A stretch of DNA of 64,000 bases from Neodothiora populina (Eukaryota): positions 186,001-250,000 of the forward strand of contig NW_027191413.1 in the NCBI RefSeq assembly GCF_041146345.1. Reading direction: 5' to 3'. Below the pieces are notes generated by a model, which searched no databases, was not told where the DNA came from, and saw only the letters and a list, made by a program, of their open reading frames with translations. The translations under genes and the position numbers were made by a program. This document shows, in pieces, positions 1 through 12,524 of this stretch (its first letter is position 1; every line of letters starts with the position of its first letter).

Positions 1-934
1 TCCACCAGCCACAAAGATCGGTGACAAAGGTCAGAGCTCCAGCAGTGACAAGCAGAGTCCCAGCGATCGGTGGGGCCACCGTGGCACCCGCGTGGAAGGC
101 GTTTGCGTTTTGCCAGTATGCTCCAGTGAGGCAGCCGAATGCAAGCACTAGAGTAAAGAAGATGAGTGCGAAGACGATGTTCGTCCTCAGTGAGAGAATA
201 AAGTAAATCAGGCACAGCAGACCCATGAAAAGCAAGAAGAATCCAAAACTGGCGTTGAACGCTCCAGTGCTGAGACCAGCGTATGGATTCGTACCGGGCT
301 CAGGGCTGTACAGTCCATATGCCATGTATATCGGCTGCAGAGTGGCGCCGAATGTGAGCCAGAAAGCCCCAAAGCTGCCGAAGACGACAAAGGGGAACGT
401 GTTGCCGATGAACCATTCGCCGACTGAACCCAAGATCATGAGAAGCCCACCGAAGAAGAAGTAAGCTCCAATGTCAGATGCACCATTGCCGCCTGCTCCC
501 CGCCAGCCCATGAGGATGCATGACAAGGGCGTCAGACTGAGCAGAAACCCTACAAGAGCACTTAACCAGAATCAGCAGAGTCCGCTACGACATCGGAAGT
601 GAACGACTCACAGTGGCGTCGGGTTACCAAATGTCTTTCGCAGCTCACCAGCAACCTTGTTTTGAGGAGAGAGATATATCTTTTCAAACAGTTCAGGCGA
701 GATAGAGATGCTGCCTGCTGTTCGAATCCTCCTTAGTGCAGTGTCTGAGTCTGTCGAGTTATCGAGATGATAGCCTGCTCAGATTACCTTAGCATATCCA
801 AGTGCTGCAAGGCTGAATCACTGCTCACCATTGCTAAAGTCCTTCTCTAGGGGAGCATCGTCTATGCTTTGGGGCCCCGGTGCCGTCAGATTACGATTCG
901 CCTGCGTCGCGTTGTAGTTGCTTTCTGCCGCCAT
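1..934 (-). CDS. Gpr1/Fun34/YaaH (AcpA/Ady2-like) acetate/ammonia transporter, 3' end truncated by the window edge
   Basis: Manual minus-strand translation from ATG 934 across two introns gives ...[33 protein letters not shown]...YFFFGGLLMILGSVGEWFIGNTFPFVVFGSFGAFWLTFG...ILSLRTNIVFALIF. This carries the family NP(A/T)PL and GNTF motifs and multiple TM helices. Confidence 0.9.
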
Positions 935-3900
935 GTTATCGATTTGGATGGTGAGCTTGAATGGATTATTTTTGGACAATAAGAAACTCGAGGAGAACGA
1001 ATATCCGGGTCTAGTTATGGAACAACACCATGTGACAACAATGGACGAGACTCAGGATGAGGAGAAGCACCATAATATACGTCCCTCCAACGGGAGTACG
1101 GCTCCTCCCTCGGACGGAAGTGAACCACAACCCCATGCTGCCAGAAAAGGCTGCAATGGGGGGATCAACCAATCGAGCAAAGTCACGATGGTCTTGCACG
1201 GAGGAGGGGTCTGCCGTTCCCCCATTGTGTTTGTGTACAAGGTGTCGTATGCTTCCAGGCCGTTTTGCTTGAAGAGATCAACGTACGGAACTTGTCAAGC
1301 CTCGCGCTATCCTCTAGAGGGGGGAGCTTGAGGTTATCTCCGCTCCGCTTGAGCGGCTGGCTAGGGAAGTCAGCATTGCATGAGACGTTTTCCTTGGTAT
1401 ATAGCTTCAACAGCTATTGATGTCCTTTTATACCATGAGTAGGTGGGTACTGGAAGCGATACATTGTTTACCTTTTGGTCTGAAGTGTAGACAGATGTAA
1501 GCTACGACGAATTTCTTTCCCTCTGTAACAAGTCATGGATTGTTGCTCTCAGATGCCACACGGACGCTGTGCACGACGAGCTTACCTCCGTTGTACTTTG
1601 TGAAATCCTTTTCGAGTAAGACTATGCTCAAAAAATATCCCTTACAGGTACAAGTAGAAGACGGGCAGGCGGATACAAACCGTAATAGGGACCATAGACA
1701 GGCTAGCGTGTGGGGAAACACCACGCCATGCACGCTGGAGAAAGGCGGGGTGAGATCTTGGGGTACAGTAGCAAGCGATTCAAGACGCAAGATCGTCGCT
1801 AATTCGCTCGTACATCCCAAAGGCTACAACAGTTTTTGAGCGAAATATAGAGCACCACATCCAAAAAGAGCCTCAGCTAGTCTCTCAGGAGATCGCTGCT
1901 GAGGAACTTAAAAACCGTGGTCCTCGTGACTCGGGGTCCCTCGCCCCCATGATCGAGGTGGTTACCCAATGCAAATGCGAATCTTCAACTCTGACTAGAA
2001 TGTGTTCACTTCCGCTTTTTTATTCTTCATGACTCGAATCCGCGTGCCATGGCGATGGTCTGACCAGAATATCGGCATCGGCAGCTTCTATGATCGTGGG
2101 AGCTAGCCTGCAGGTACGGTGATGCGTGATGAGCGTACTCTCACTACTAGCGAGATGTTATGTCTCGATGACTTGCGACTACCTTATTATGTCTTTGCTG
2201 GCGGGCGTTGCTTCGGACTACAAATCAAGGAGCTAAGAAGTCTCGCATAACAACAACGGAAGCATTCTCCTTAGAGACCGAAAGAAACAGTGCCATCGAG
2301 GTCAAGAAGATATCAGTTAGACACGAAGCGTCAACACAGATCGAAGTCACAGCACGCATCGATACTGCTAACAGCGACTGACAACAACAGCAGGTGACTG
2401 CCCAGCAGTGCCACCAGCTTGGCAGTATCATCCATGATATCTCCCACTGATGAAGGTACTATTTGCCCCAGTTTCGTTTCCTCGGCATCCGGAGCAAAAA
2501 TACTTAGCTTTCGTCGCTCTACCTTGCCCCCGCTCCTCCTCGAGCTCGCAGTGCAGAGCTACTGTAGAGATACTACTGTACAACAACTTAAGGTAAGGTA
2601 TGTATTGGCGGACATAAGCTGTGAGACAAACATGTCCGCAGATAGTCAAGGCTACTCGGGACCCCCGACTGCCGTGCATGCATCGATCTACGCGAAGAAC
2701 ATCTAGCAAGTATGGCGCTCTGGCAATAGCATCTCATGCGTAGACAAACTTTGTGTTTACGGTGAGCGTTGACCTGAGTTGCAAAAGTGGACATGTAGAA
2801 TCGCGGATCACTTCATCGCGTCTCTAGCCAGACCTGATCTCCGTTGTTCCGAAATTAGCAGCGTCTGAGTACTTTGTAAGAAGTCCCGTACCCGAGTGCA
2901 AATACTAGAGGTGGAGACGTTGATTCGAACAGTAAGTATCTAGGAAGAGAATCACCATTTCTTGCATATCTCGTTGCCTCATTGAGGATGTGTTTGTTGT
3001 CTACCCGTGGTATTCTCTGCCCTCACAACTCTCCTTCTTCTTCTCCTTGGCTCAATCTGTACACTATGACCGATTCTCACTCTCGGTATTGGTTAGCATG
3101 GTTTCTTGCATTGGTTGTTGGCACAACATATCATACTGACTTGCCTTTCTACCGTTAACTTCTTCTTCATTTTCCCTTGCTCTATACATCTGCCCTGGGA
3201 AGACGGGCAGATTGATCTCTGCGTCCATAAAGGATGGGAATGGCAGCCCAGGAAGAATCCAGCACTACCGCTAACACTACTGCTTTCCGCCACTACTATC
3301 CCAACTACTACAGTAAAGGCCATCAAAAAAGATCAAATTCAGCAGGGCGACGTCACAACAACAGCAACGTGAGAGACAAGACAAGTCACTCGAAACTCAC
3401 CCTCTACTATCTTTCCTTTCCATTTGATACCTGTTGTATCGTCCTATCACATCCTATTCCACCCCTTCCATTCCACCCCTTCTAATCCCCATCTCGATTT
3501 TACCTTTTTAGTGACAGAACTAGTACATCCGCTAATGACACATCAGGCCCAAGAAGAACGAGATCGTCCTCCTCTGAATCACACCAGAAGAGAATGAGTC
3601 TGGTTTTTGTGTTAGTATCCTGTACGATGAACAGACATGAGCCTGCTCTACTCTGCCTTTCCTCCTCGTTAACAACAGAAACGATGATAGGAGAAACAAG
3701 AGAAGGAACAAGGAAAGAACGAGTAAAGAGCAAACGATGAGCTATAAAGAGGTACATACAGTGCCTTTGTCAAAGTGGCCTTCACGGTGTCCACGCTGAT
3801 CTTAGAGGCAAGGTAGTGAGTGATGGATGTATCCGTGACATGTCGATCGTTTGTCATTCATCCAGTTAAGTAAGTAATTCTAACAATGATCGTTGTTCCA

Positions 3901-4073
3901 TCTCTACATAAAGATCACACAATAAACCTCGACTTCGACCTCGACATCAGAGGTGGAAGGAGAGGAAAGTAAAGAAGAGAAAAGAAAAAAGAAAACAAAC
4001 AGTCATTCAAATCCATCAAAACACAGCAAAGTCTCATCTATCTCATTACTTTTGTTTGCAACAAAGAACGTCA

Positions 4074-7000
4074 TTACTTCCCAAAAATCGTTCCGACCTT
4101 ACTCGGCGTGACAGAGCTGACTTTCGAGCCGATCCAAGATCCACCATCCGAGACCCAGTCAGGCATTGCGAGCTTACCCCTCCAACCGCGGCGGCGGATC
4201 TTGGGTCCTGCTCTCTTAGAGCTGCTGCTGGTGCCGCCGTCGCTATTTCCGCTTCCGCCTCTGGATCCGCTGAATTTCATCTTGCCTTCCATTATGTGGT
4301 GGGCGGCGTTGATGACCAGGAAAGTAGAAGAGCCGATGGCACGGAAGAGGGCGAGGATGGCGACACTCCACAGGATGAACTGGAGGTAGCGGTTCTTGCC
4401 AATTCCGTCTGTGCCATAGGCTTCCGAGACGGACATGGCGAGGATGGCGTTGCAGAACAGCCAGACCGTGACCATGTACGTGCGCACACCTCGGTAGTAG
4501 TCTTCTTGCATCTGTTGGGCCGACGGCGGCGAGTCCGGAACCTCGATTCTGTCGCGTAGGTTGCGGAGAGCTGCGTCGTAGCCGCTGTCGATGTCGAGTT
4601 GTTCGCTTGGCATTTCGAGTTCGACGGTGCCGCCCTTGGATGTCTTTGCTGCACCGAGATCTGTGGACACGGTGTTGTCTCCTTTGGTACCCCAGGAGAT
4701 GTCGTGAGCGTTGCAAAAGGCGTAGATCTGGAGAGTGCAGACGTAGGACGGAAGCATAGCAAAGTATTGGCCCGCAGAGGTGAACATGTGCCATGGGTCC
4801 AAGTAGAGAAAACTCATGAGAAAATAAAGACCCATGGTGGAAAGAGTGGAGACAATAAAGTTGGTGAAGAGGTTATTGCCCATGGTCATGTCTCCAGACT
4901 CGAAGTCCTTGACCACGATCCAGACGGAAGCAAATGTCACGTATGCCATGACTATCCCGTAGACGACCATCGATCCAAAGAACATCTTCTTCGCGCCCTG
5001 CGGTCGATTACCCATACTAAGGATGAAGTTCATGGCGATGGTCAAAACAAGACCGTAGCGGAGAATGTAGAAGACGTATTTGCAGAAGTTGACCTTTCCT
5101 GTGGGATCGACCTTGGGGTCTGTGAGGGATCCGGCAATGAAGTAAAAGACGAGATAGAAGTTGGCAAGGGAAAAGTACGTGAACAAGAGCTGGATGAACT
5201 GGTAGACGAACTCGACGTGAAGCAACACCTTCCGGATGGGCGTGTGACTGGTCTGCCAGATCTGCCTGAAATGAAGCAAAGAGTAGACAGCCGCGAAGAA
5301 AGCTCCATTGAGCCAACGACGACGTTGCGAGATGAACTCGGGAACAGCGTCTGAAAACATATCAGTAGGGTTAAATACACAGTGACCTTTCCCTCCACTT
5401 ACCAGGAACATCAGTCTCGCCAGTCGCCGCTTTGACGTACTTCAAGACCCAGGATTCATTACGTTTTGCCACCAGCTCCCAACAAAGAATACGATCCTCG
5501 GCAAGATACATGTTCGCAGTGAAGACATCTGCATCTTGACCATGCAAGGTTTCACCCTTGAAGTATTGACTAAGTGGACCATGGCCACTCTCGTCGTTCT
5601 GGAGTGCGTGGTATCGATATGCACTCAGCGCACCAGGTAAGACGGTGATGTATCCGAAGACTGATTCCAGTGGCTTGTCAAGGATATTAGACATCTTGTA
5701 CTCAAAGTTCTGGGAGGCCACCAATGGGTTGAGCAGACCGAGCCAAGCTTTGCCTTTTCCGGCTTTGATTTCGCCGGCGGCACCAGCTACGTTCGAGTCG
5801 TTGTCAAAAGCCTTCCAGAGGTGGTAGAGCGAGTTGTCGCCTGGTTTCGTGCCAACATCAAGAAGAATGCAGACATTGGGATTCAGTGCGCGTCCGAAAG
5901 CGTTGAAGAACCATCGATGACTGTTCAACTTCTTTGCGTTCTTCTCTTTCATGCAGAAGATCATCTGGCAGGGTACGATACCCTTCTCGGCACCCTTGAA
6001 TTTGAGATCTGGGTCCAGCGAGACCTGAGTGGTGTACTCGTAAACGTGAGCTGTGACTTCACGCTGGTTGACCAAGTTTTTCGCGATACCGTCCTGGTAG
6101 CAACCTAAGGCTGCCAGAGCATCGAGCGTCCTGGGATGAACCTTTTTGCGACCATCCGCAATGACACAAACGACGATCTTCTTCCATCCGTCTTTGCCCC
6201 ATGTCCTCGATTTGGCCCTGCTGCAGAAATGGGCGATGTTGCGCATCACACCATGCATGGTACGAGTAAAGTCCAGCTCATTCTCATTGTACATGGTCAC
6301 GGCAATGAAGAGCTCCGTCTCTCGGGAAGTCATGTTCTGGCGCAGCTTGTAGCCTCTCTCGACATAGTCGTTGGGGTCACATGTCACGGCCGTGTAGCGC
6401 ATATGCGTGAATTCGACAGCATCTTTCCGTGGAAGGAAGGAGTGGAGGATGGTAGGGATCTTGCACTCGAGCACAAGCTCACCGTTTATAAGCTTGACTT
6501 CCTTCTTCGCCATTTGCGCGTTGCGGGCGGCACGTCGCTCCTGTTTGCCTTCAGGAAGCTGTTCGTAATCGCCGTAATCTTTCTCGTCGTACTCGTCGGT
6601 GAAAGTGGACTCAGTCATGAACGAATCCCTCGTTGGCAGATCGGGTCTCGAGTCATGGAATGGGTCGTCCTCCTCAGGTATCGGTATGCTTGTCATAGCG
6701 GGCGTCTCCTCATCGATGCTACCTGAGGATCCCGGTCGAGGTCCCGCAAATAGCGGTGCAGGTGGTAAAGGCCGCTTCGCGCCACCGCCATACTTGCTGG
6801 CTGGCGAGCCCGGTCTTGGAGAGCCATCGATGTCAGCTGGCTCATAAGGTATGGTTGAAGGTGGCCGAGCATAGTCAGCTGATGTTCTTGTCGGCGACCA
6901 TGACCGTGTGGGCGAATGTGAGGCGCGCGAAGAAGGTCGGTAGAGATATGGAGGAGCCTCATTCGAGGGCGGCGGCAGATCCGGAGCAGAGTCGATTATC

Positions 7001-7518
7001 GACCTAGCTCGAGACGGCGGTCGTGAGCCATGTAAAGGCTGATAGGTTCGTTGAAGAGGACTAGGTCTGTTTGAGGCGTCTGGTAAGTCTGCATTCACGG
7101 AGCTTGGTCTGGACGGGAGTTTTATCGTGACTCTCTTGCGCGGTATACGCGGCTTACGCGTGGATTCAGACAGAGATTGCTCGGCCTGCTCCAACAAATC
7201 GACGATATCACCTGATTCAGGTTCGTCAAGCTGAAGCGTTGAGGCAGCAGCGTCGTCGGCGGCGACATCATCATACTCGTGCTCATACTCTGGGGGCAAA
7301 TCGGGATACATGCTTGTTGGTGAAAGGTCTTTTACTACTTCGACCTTTCTGGTGCTGTAGGAGAGGATGGACCTGGGGGGATTATGGTAGACTGACTGTG
7401 TGGTATATGGGCTGTCATCCGTCGACGGCAGTAGTCGCATGGTCGATCCATTGTAAATGCTGCCTGGGGTCCCTTCGCCCTCTTGCGGATAGGCGGGAGG
7501 TCCGTAAGGTGAATCCAT
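4074..7518 (-). CDS. Chitin synthase, division 1, most likely class II; two exons
   Basis: ORFs 5371..7518 and 4074..5411 are joined by intron 5351..5402 (GTAAGT...CTGAT...CAG), which gives [18 protein letters not shown]. Catalytic motifs [25 protein letters not shown] and QRRRW are present, followed by a TM-rich C-terminus with SWGTKG. Confidence 0.96.
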
Positions 7519-8041
7519 GCTTTCAGCGGTGAACGAACGTGTTTGATCCTATGCGGAGGGGAGCGGCCTATATGTGGGCCGATTTAATCTGGGCTGCCTT
7601 CTCAAGCAGTAAACATTGCTTTTGTTATGATATAATCTGAGATGCTCGAGCGATCGATGCGATGCGACAAGGACTCTTTGCGCCGCAATGTGTAAGTCGC
7701 CGAATCAATGGACAGTCGCTATATTCCAACGTGCCACAAAGTCAAGACAGAATCTGTTTGAAGTACAAGATGGCTGTAGAAAGTATTGAATAGGTACAGG
7801 TAGTCAAAACGATGTGCCACCCGCCGTGACATACTTTGCTGGAGCGTTTGTTTATAGGTGCTGTATTGTCGCGGCCGTTGTCAGGGTCCATGACAACAAA
7901 GATGACGTCGGAACATGCGAATCCGAAGCTCCGGGTGGTCATCAAGCGTCGGACTGGGAGATCATTTTTAGATTAGAAACCTTCGGTATTTGTATTGATC
8001 TATGTTGTACTGGCGTCCGGCTCAATGCGCAGCATGTTACC

Positions 8042-8927
8042 TTACTTCTTCTTTTCCAAAACACCCTGAGCTGCTTTCTCGTAATCCCCACCAAACTCAC
8101 TATACCATCTCTCGATAACCTTAAGAGAAGGTCCAGCACCAATAGTGTCCTTGTCTTCCTTCCATTGCCGAATGACATCTTTCATGAATTCATCGACTGT
8201 GATAGCACCACTTCCTTCCTTTTTGTTGTCGTCTGGATCCTCCCGCTCACGATGGAGATCCGTGCCGACGCCCGGAGGTGCCTGTGTATTCGATTAGCTC
8301 TTCGAAACAGCCATTGACCGGTAGCCAGGGATCCATGCTTCTGCATGTCTCTACACGTACAATCTCCACAACTTTGATATTGTCATCGCCTGCGGCCGCG
8401 AGCTGAGTCCTCAAATTCATAGTGTTCATGTGCACAAAGGCCTTGGTGCCGTTATACACAGGATTAATGATGCTGAAGGGGATGAAGCCCAGAACACTGC
8501 TGACGTTCATGATTGTCGCCGCCTTCTTCGTCCTGAAGTGCGGAAGAAGATTGACCGCGAGATGCATAGGGCCTCGAACATTGATATTGATCTCATTATC
8601 AGCCTTCTCGAGGAATTCCTCTGGCGACATCTTCTTATAGTCCAGGGGACGCTGCACGCCAGCGTTGTTGACGATACAGTCCAGCTCGGGGTGCTCAGAC
8701 GTGATATTCTTGACGAAAGGCACAATGCTGGCTACGTCGCCCGTGTCCAGTTGGTAGTAAGCAGTCGCCTTCATCTCTTTGGCTGCCTGCTCGAGTTTCG
8801 ACTCCGTGCGTCCGACGATAATGACTTTCTTGCCTTCTGAGATGAAGAACTCTGCCATTGCACGACCGAGGCCACCAGCCCCGCCGGTGACGAGGGCACA
8901 TTGGAAGTCAAGTGTATGAGGAGCCAT
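8042..8927 (-). CDS. Short-chain dehydrogenase/reductase (DltE-like); two exons
   Basis: TGGAGGLG Rossmann motif, NNAG, and YNGTK catalytic motif. After an intron near 8282-8359, exon 2 reads APPGVGTDLH...VLEKKK* with the stop at 8042-8044. Confidence 0.9.
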
Positions 8928-9727
8928 TGTGCTAGACTAGGTAAGCAGGTAGTCACTGTAGATACACAAAGATGCTGGTGATGAAAGGTAATGCTGGGTC
9001 TTGCAAGTTCGCGTCGCGAGAAACGGGACAAATCTATCTTTCGATAGATGGAAACAATGTCTTGGTCAAGAAGGCCTTTGGGTTCTGATCAATTCTTGAA
9101 TAGAGTCTCAGAGCACCTCGGTAGAGCATCATCGATTCAATATTACACCTTTCCATACACCTTTGCCTCACAAACTCATGATACACTTGTAACGTCATCG
9201 CTTTCGGTTTTTAGTCTTCTTATTCCCGCGACTTTGTATCGATAGACTTCGATTTATAAAGTGATCATGAAAAGCGTCATGGCAACCTTGTTCTACCAAT
9301 GAAATTGAGCATGGCTGCCTTTGGTATAACGCAAGTCGCCGAGGCAAGGTGAAGCAATTAATGCAAGGTACCTTACTAGTCTATCTCAGGCGTCCAGCTT
9401 AAGGTACCAACATACATGTACCGCAGCTCGAAACTTTGTAAGGACACGTGTAACAATGTATAGTTCGAGGGGACTGCTCCTGTTTAGAGAATACTGTCGG
9501 CAGCCGACTCGAAACCTCAATGCTACCAGCAATACGAATGAGTGGCAAATTGTCTTGTTTCCAATTTCCAATGGTCCCGATACTTCCTTGCAATCGGCGT
9601 TACAGAGCAAGCAAAGAACAAACAAACAAACAAACGAGTTGCTCATTTACTATGAGATGCAAAGTGAGTGTCAAAACGGACAGAAGCAAAACATGAATTG
9701 AAGCGACAGGACGAGGGGAATTTCCGC

Positions 9728-10951
9728 TCAAGTATACTCCCAGGCACCCACGGTATGTTCAGCCTCAGTGTTGAGGACAGCGTAAAAGTCCACGCACTCC
9801 GACGCGAACTGTACCTCCTCCAGCCTGGAGAAGACCTGCCACAACCCCCCTTCGCCAGCCGCTGCCGCTCTCTTTTTCCCACTTCTCGTGCTCTGATCCC
9901 GTCTCATTTTTTCGTTCTGGCGGGTCGCCCATGTGCTGCGTCTGAGAGAAGTGGCATTGCCAGAGTTGTCGTCGCCGTCATCGTTGTCCTCGCCATCGTC
10001 ATCCGGCAGTGAAACAGGGCATGCTGTTAAGATCTCGTTGTGAGGTCCGAAGTAGCCACCGCCGGCGTAAGCTATACTAGACCTAAAAGCTAGATCTGGT
10101 TCGTTGCCTGAGTGGGGTATCGTGTAGCGCAGAGCGCCTGTTTTGGTCCAGTACGTTGCTTGGCCACCTAGATTCATACAATCAGCTGAGCATAGGAAGC
10201 ACTCATATCGGCTAAATGGCAAAGGTCGCGAGGCTTAGGGATATAGACGACAATGAAAGATGGAGTGTAAGGCTTGAGACAGTCTATCGACTACCAGAGC
10301 ATTCCTTACCAGGTACTGCAACTGCCTGGAATTTCGTCATGTTAGCTTGTCAGATTCACGGTCCGAAAGTCTGTAAGGGTCGAAGTCAATGTTGCAAAGA
10401 CCCACCAGTCCAATTGTGCCCAAACTGGTGTTTGTGCCTGCATAGTACGCGCAGGCATCATCGGACAGAGGCGGCGATGGGCAGTTAGTGCTTGGACCTG
10501 ACAGGCCGATATAGAAAGCTGTTCCACTGGCTTCAATGATGGAGCCATGGAATGTAGCCGCAGGATTCACTGCTGTAAGTGTAAAAACACTCTCACTTCG
10601 TGGAAGCACAGAAAGAGTGTTATCGGTGCACCTTGGCTCATGTCAGTATCTATCACACCAGTATGACGTTACGTTGAGAAGATGGTGGTAGATATTGTGT
10701 ATCCCTCGCCATACATTAACATACGTATACATGTAGCTGGAGAAGCAGGACGACCCGCAGAGCTTCAAAGCCTCTCCGGCGATGACTGGACAGAGAAGCT
10801 CATCCTCGTAACAAATGTAGCGATCCGTGTTATAGATCGACTCTCCACATGTCTCAAGATCGCGACGCAACTTTCTTGGAATGGCAGCTTCGGATGGGTT
10901 AAGTATCAGTGCAACTGCCAGAGTCGCAAAGGCATATCTCAGCCAGGCCAT
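9728..10951 (-). CDS. Secreted protein: signal peptide + CBM52-like Cys-rich glucan-binding module + IgE-binding/PhiA-like cell-wall domain; four exons
   Basis: Hydrophobic N-terminus, then CGESIYNTDRYICYEDELLCP...LCGSSCFSSYMYTC (CBM52 pattern), then FTLTAVNP...FYIG...AVAVPGGQATYWTKTGALRYTIPHS...ACP...WQVF...AWEYT*. Includes a 16-nt micro-exon at 10310..10325 with canonical splice sites. Confidence 0.8.
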
Positions 10952-12524
10952 AATGCTCGCCCTTCAGTAATCGCAACTTGCGAGGCTCCGAGGCGATCTT
11001 GACTGGGACCATAAGAAATGGAGCTGTGAATGAATGGTCAAGACAGATCTATGATGAGTTCTTTTATATCTTCCGAGTCTGCCAATACTGCCGTATCCTG
11101 TGACTTTACAGTACCACGTTGGCGTAGCGGTTTACGTCAGTGGTCGCTTTCGCTCGACTGGCGTTGGTGCTGTGGCTGATCAACAGTAGTACGCAGTCCA
11201 CAAGATCAACTTTTACATGACCTTGTGCTATTACGCTTCAACAAAACTCATTTGAGCAGCAGGAGGATGGGCCGGTCGGTCTTACCTTCCGAAGTGAACA
11301 ATACTTTGGGCACATGTTGCATCTACAAATTGTTGTTCTGTCAGTGCGTTCATTACAGATCCAACCAGAAAAGGCAGTCGCGTCCTTCATGTTATGGTAG
11401 TCCTCTGCAAGGGATGCTATCGAACAGTAAATTGCGCAACAAACAGCACCTGTCCACAGACACGTCTACGCTGCCCCAGCGAGAAGCTGAACATATCGGA
11501 CTGTGGACATCTCGTTACACATCAAAGGCGAAGGTGAGGTGATGTACCTTAAGATGAAAGCCATCAGTTTCATGTTTGGTGGCATGAAAAGTTTGATGAG
11601 TGATGTACGTAAGCATATATCTGTATATGGAAGGAGCGACAGTCGACCCAGCCGACTGGGAACGTTCCAGAAAATACGACATATCACTTTCTCATAAGTG
11701 GATATAGCAGGCGCCACTTCCAAGAGACTAACCCGATGGAAGCAGATCTAGATTTGATTAACAAGGCATGGATGCGATGCCAGATTGGATACCAGTTAAG
11801 TTGCTAGGTCGAAAACCGATGCAGAGTTGTTAAGAGAAGGGCATTGAGAATGCTGCTTGCAAGGACTCATTCCAGACTTTGTTGCATAACTGAGGTAGAT
11901 CAGGAGTGAGGTTCACATACATAGGGGGCATTTACCGACGCCACACCTTCGACGCGATATGGTGTGTTGGATTGCATACCATTCGACTTCAGTAGCTACC
12001 GCGGAGATTTTCAGGGGTACATGATTAGCGGGCTCGGTCGTCAAAGGAGCTAGAACTGTATGATGTGAGACCAGCGCCAGGTTGCACAATATTAGAGAAG
12101 CTAGAGTCAAAGTCAACTATCACAAGCCGCTTTCTGGACCCCATATACAACATGTGTCGGGCACTAGTACCCTATAGGATTGGTTCATGATTGTCTTGAT
12201 CGAATATTTGGGAGTATTCCGTGAGTTGTCTGAACCGATTGATTTTGGTTCTTGTATATGCTGCAGACGGGAAGTTCGTTGAGTCAGATTACGCTAAGAC
12301 GCTCGCTAATCGCATTTCCTGATTCCGTTCTCATATGTTGAGTCATATATTGTAGGCAGCACGAATGCTCTGATCGATGGGGATATCTGAAAAAAGCAAA
12401 ACATCATGAATAATCACACCATTCAAATATACCAGGATTGAAAAGGTGAGATGGAACGCTTTTGAATATGCCGTTAGGTCATGAAAGTCACGCTCCAACC
12501 TTGGTGACTGTTCGTGTCGTGCCT

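Noticed and set aside
1345..1356. CCG-N6-CGG palindrome upstream of the acetate transporter as a FacB/Cat8-type site
   Set aside because: A single short motif that does not closely match the consensus I recall, so chance occurrence is likely.
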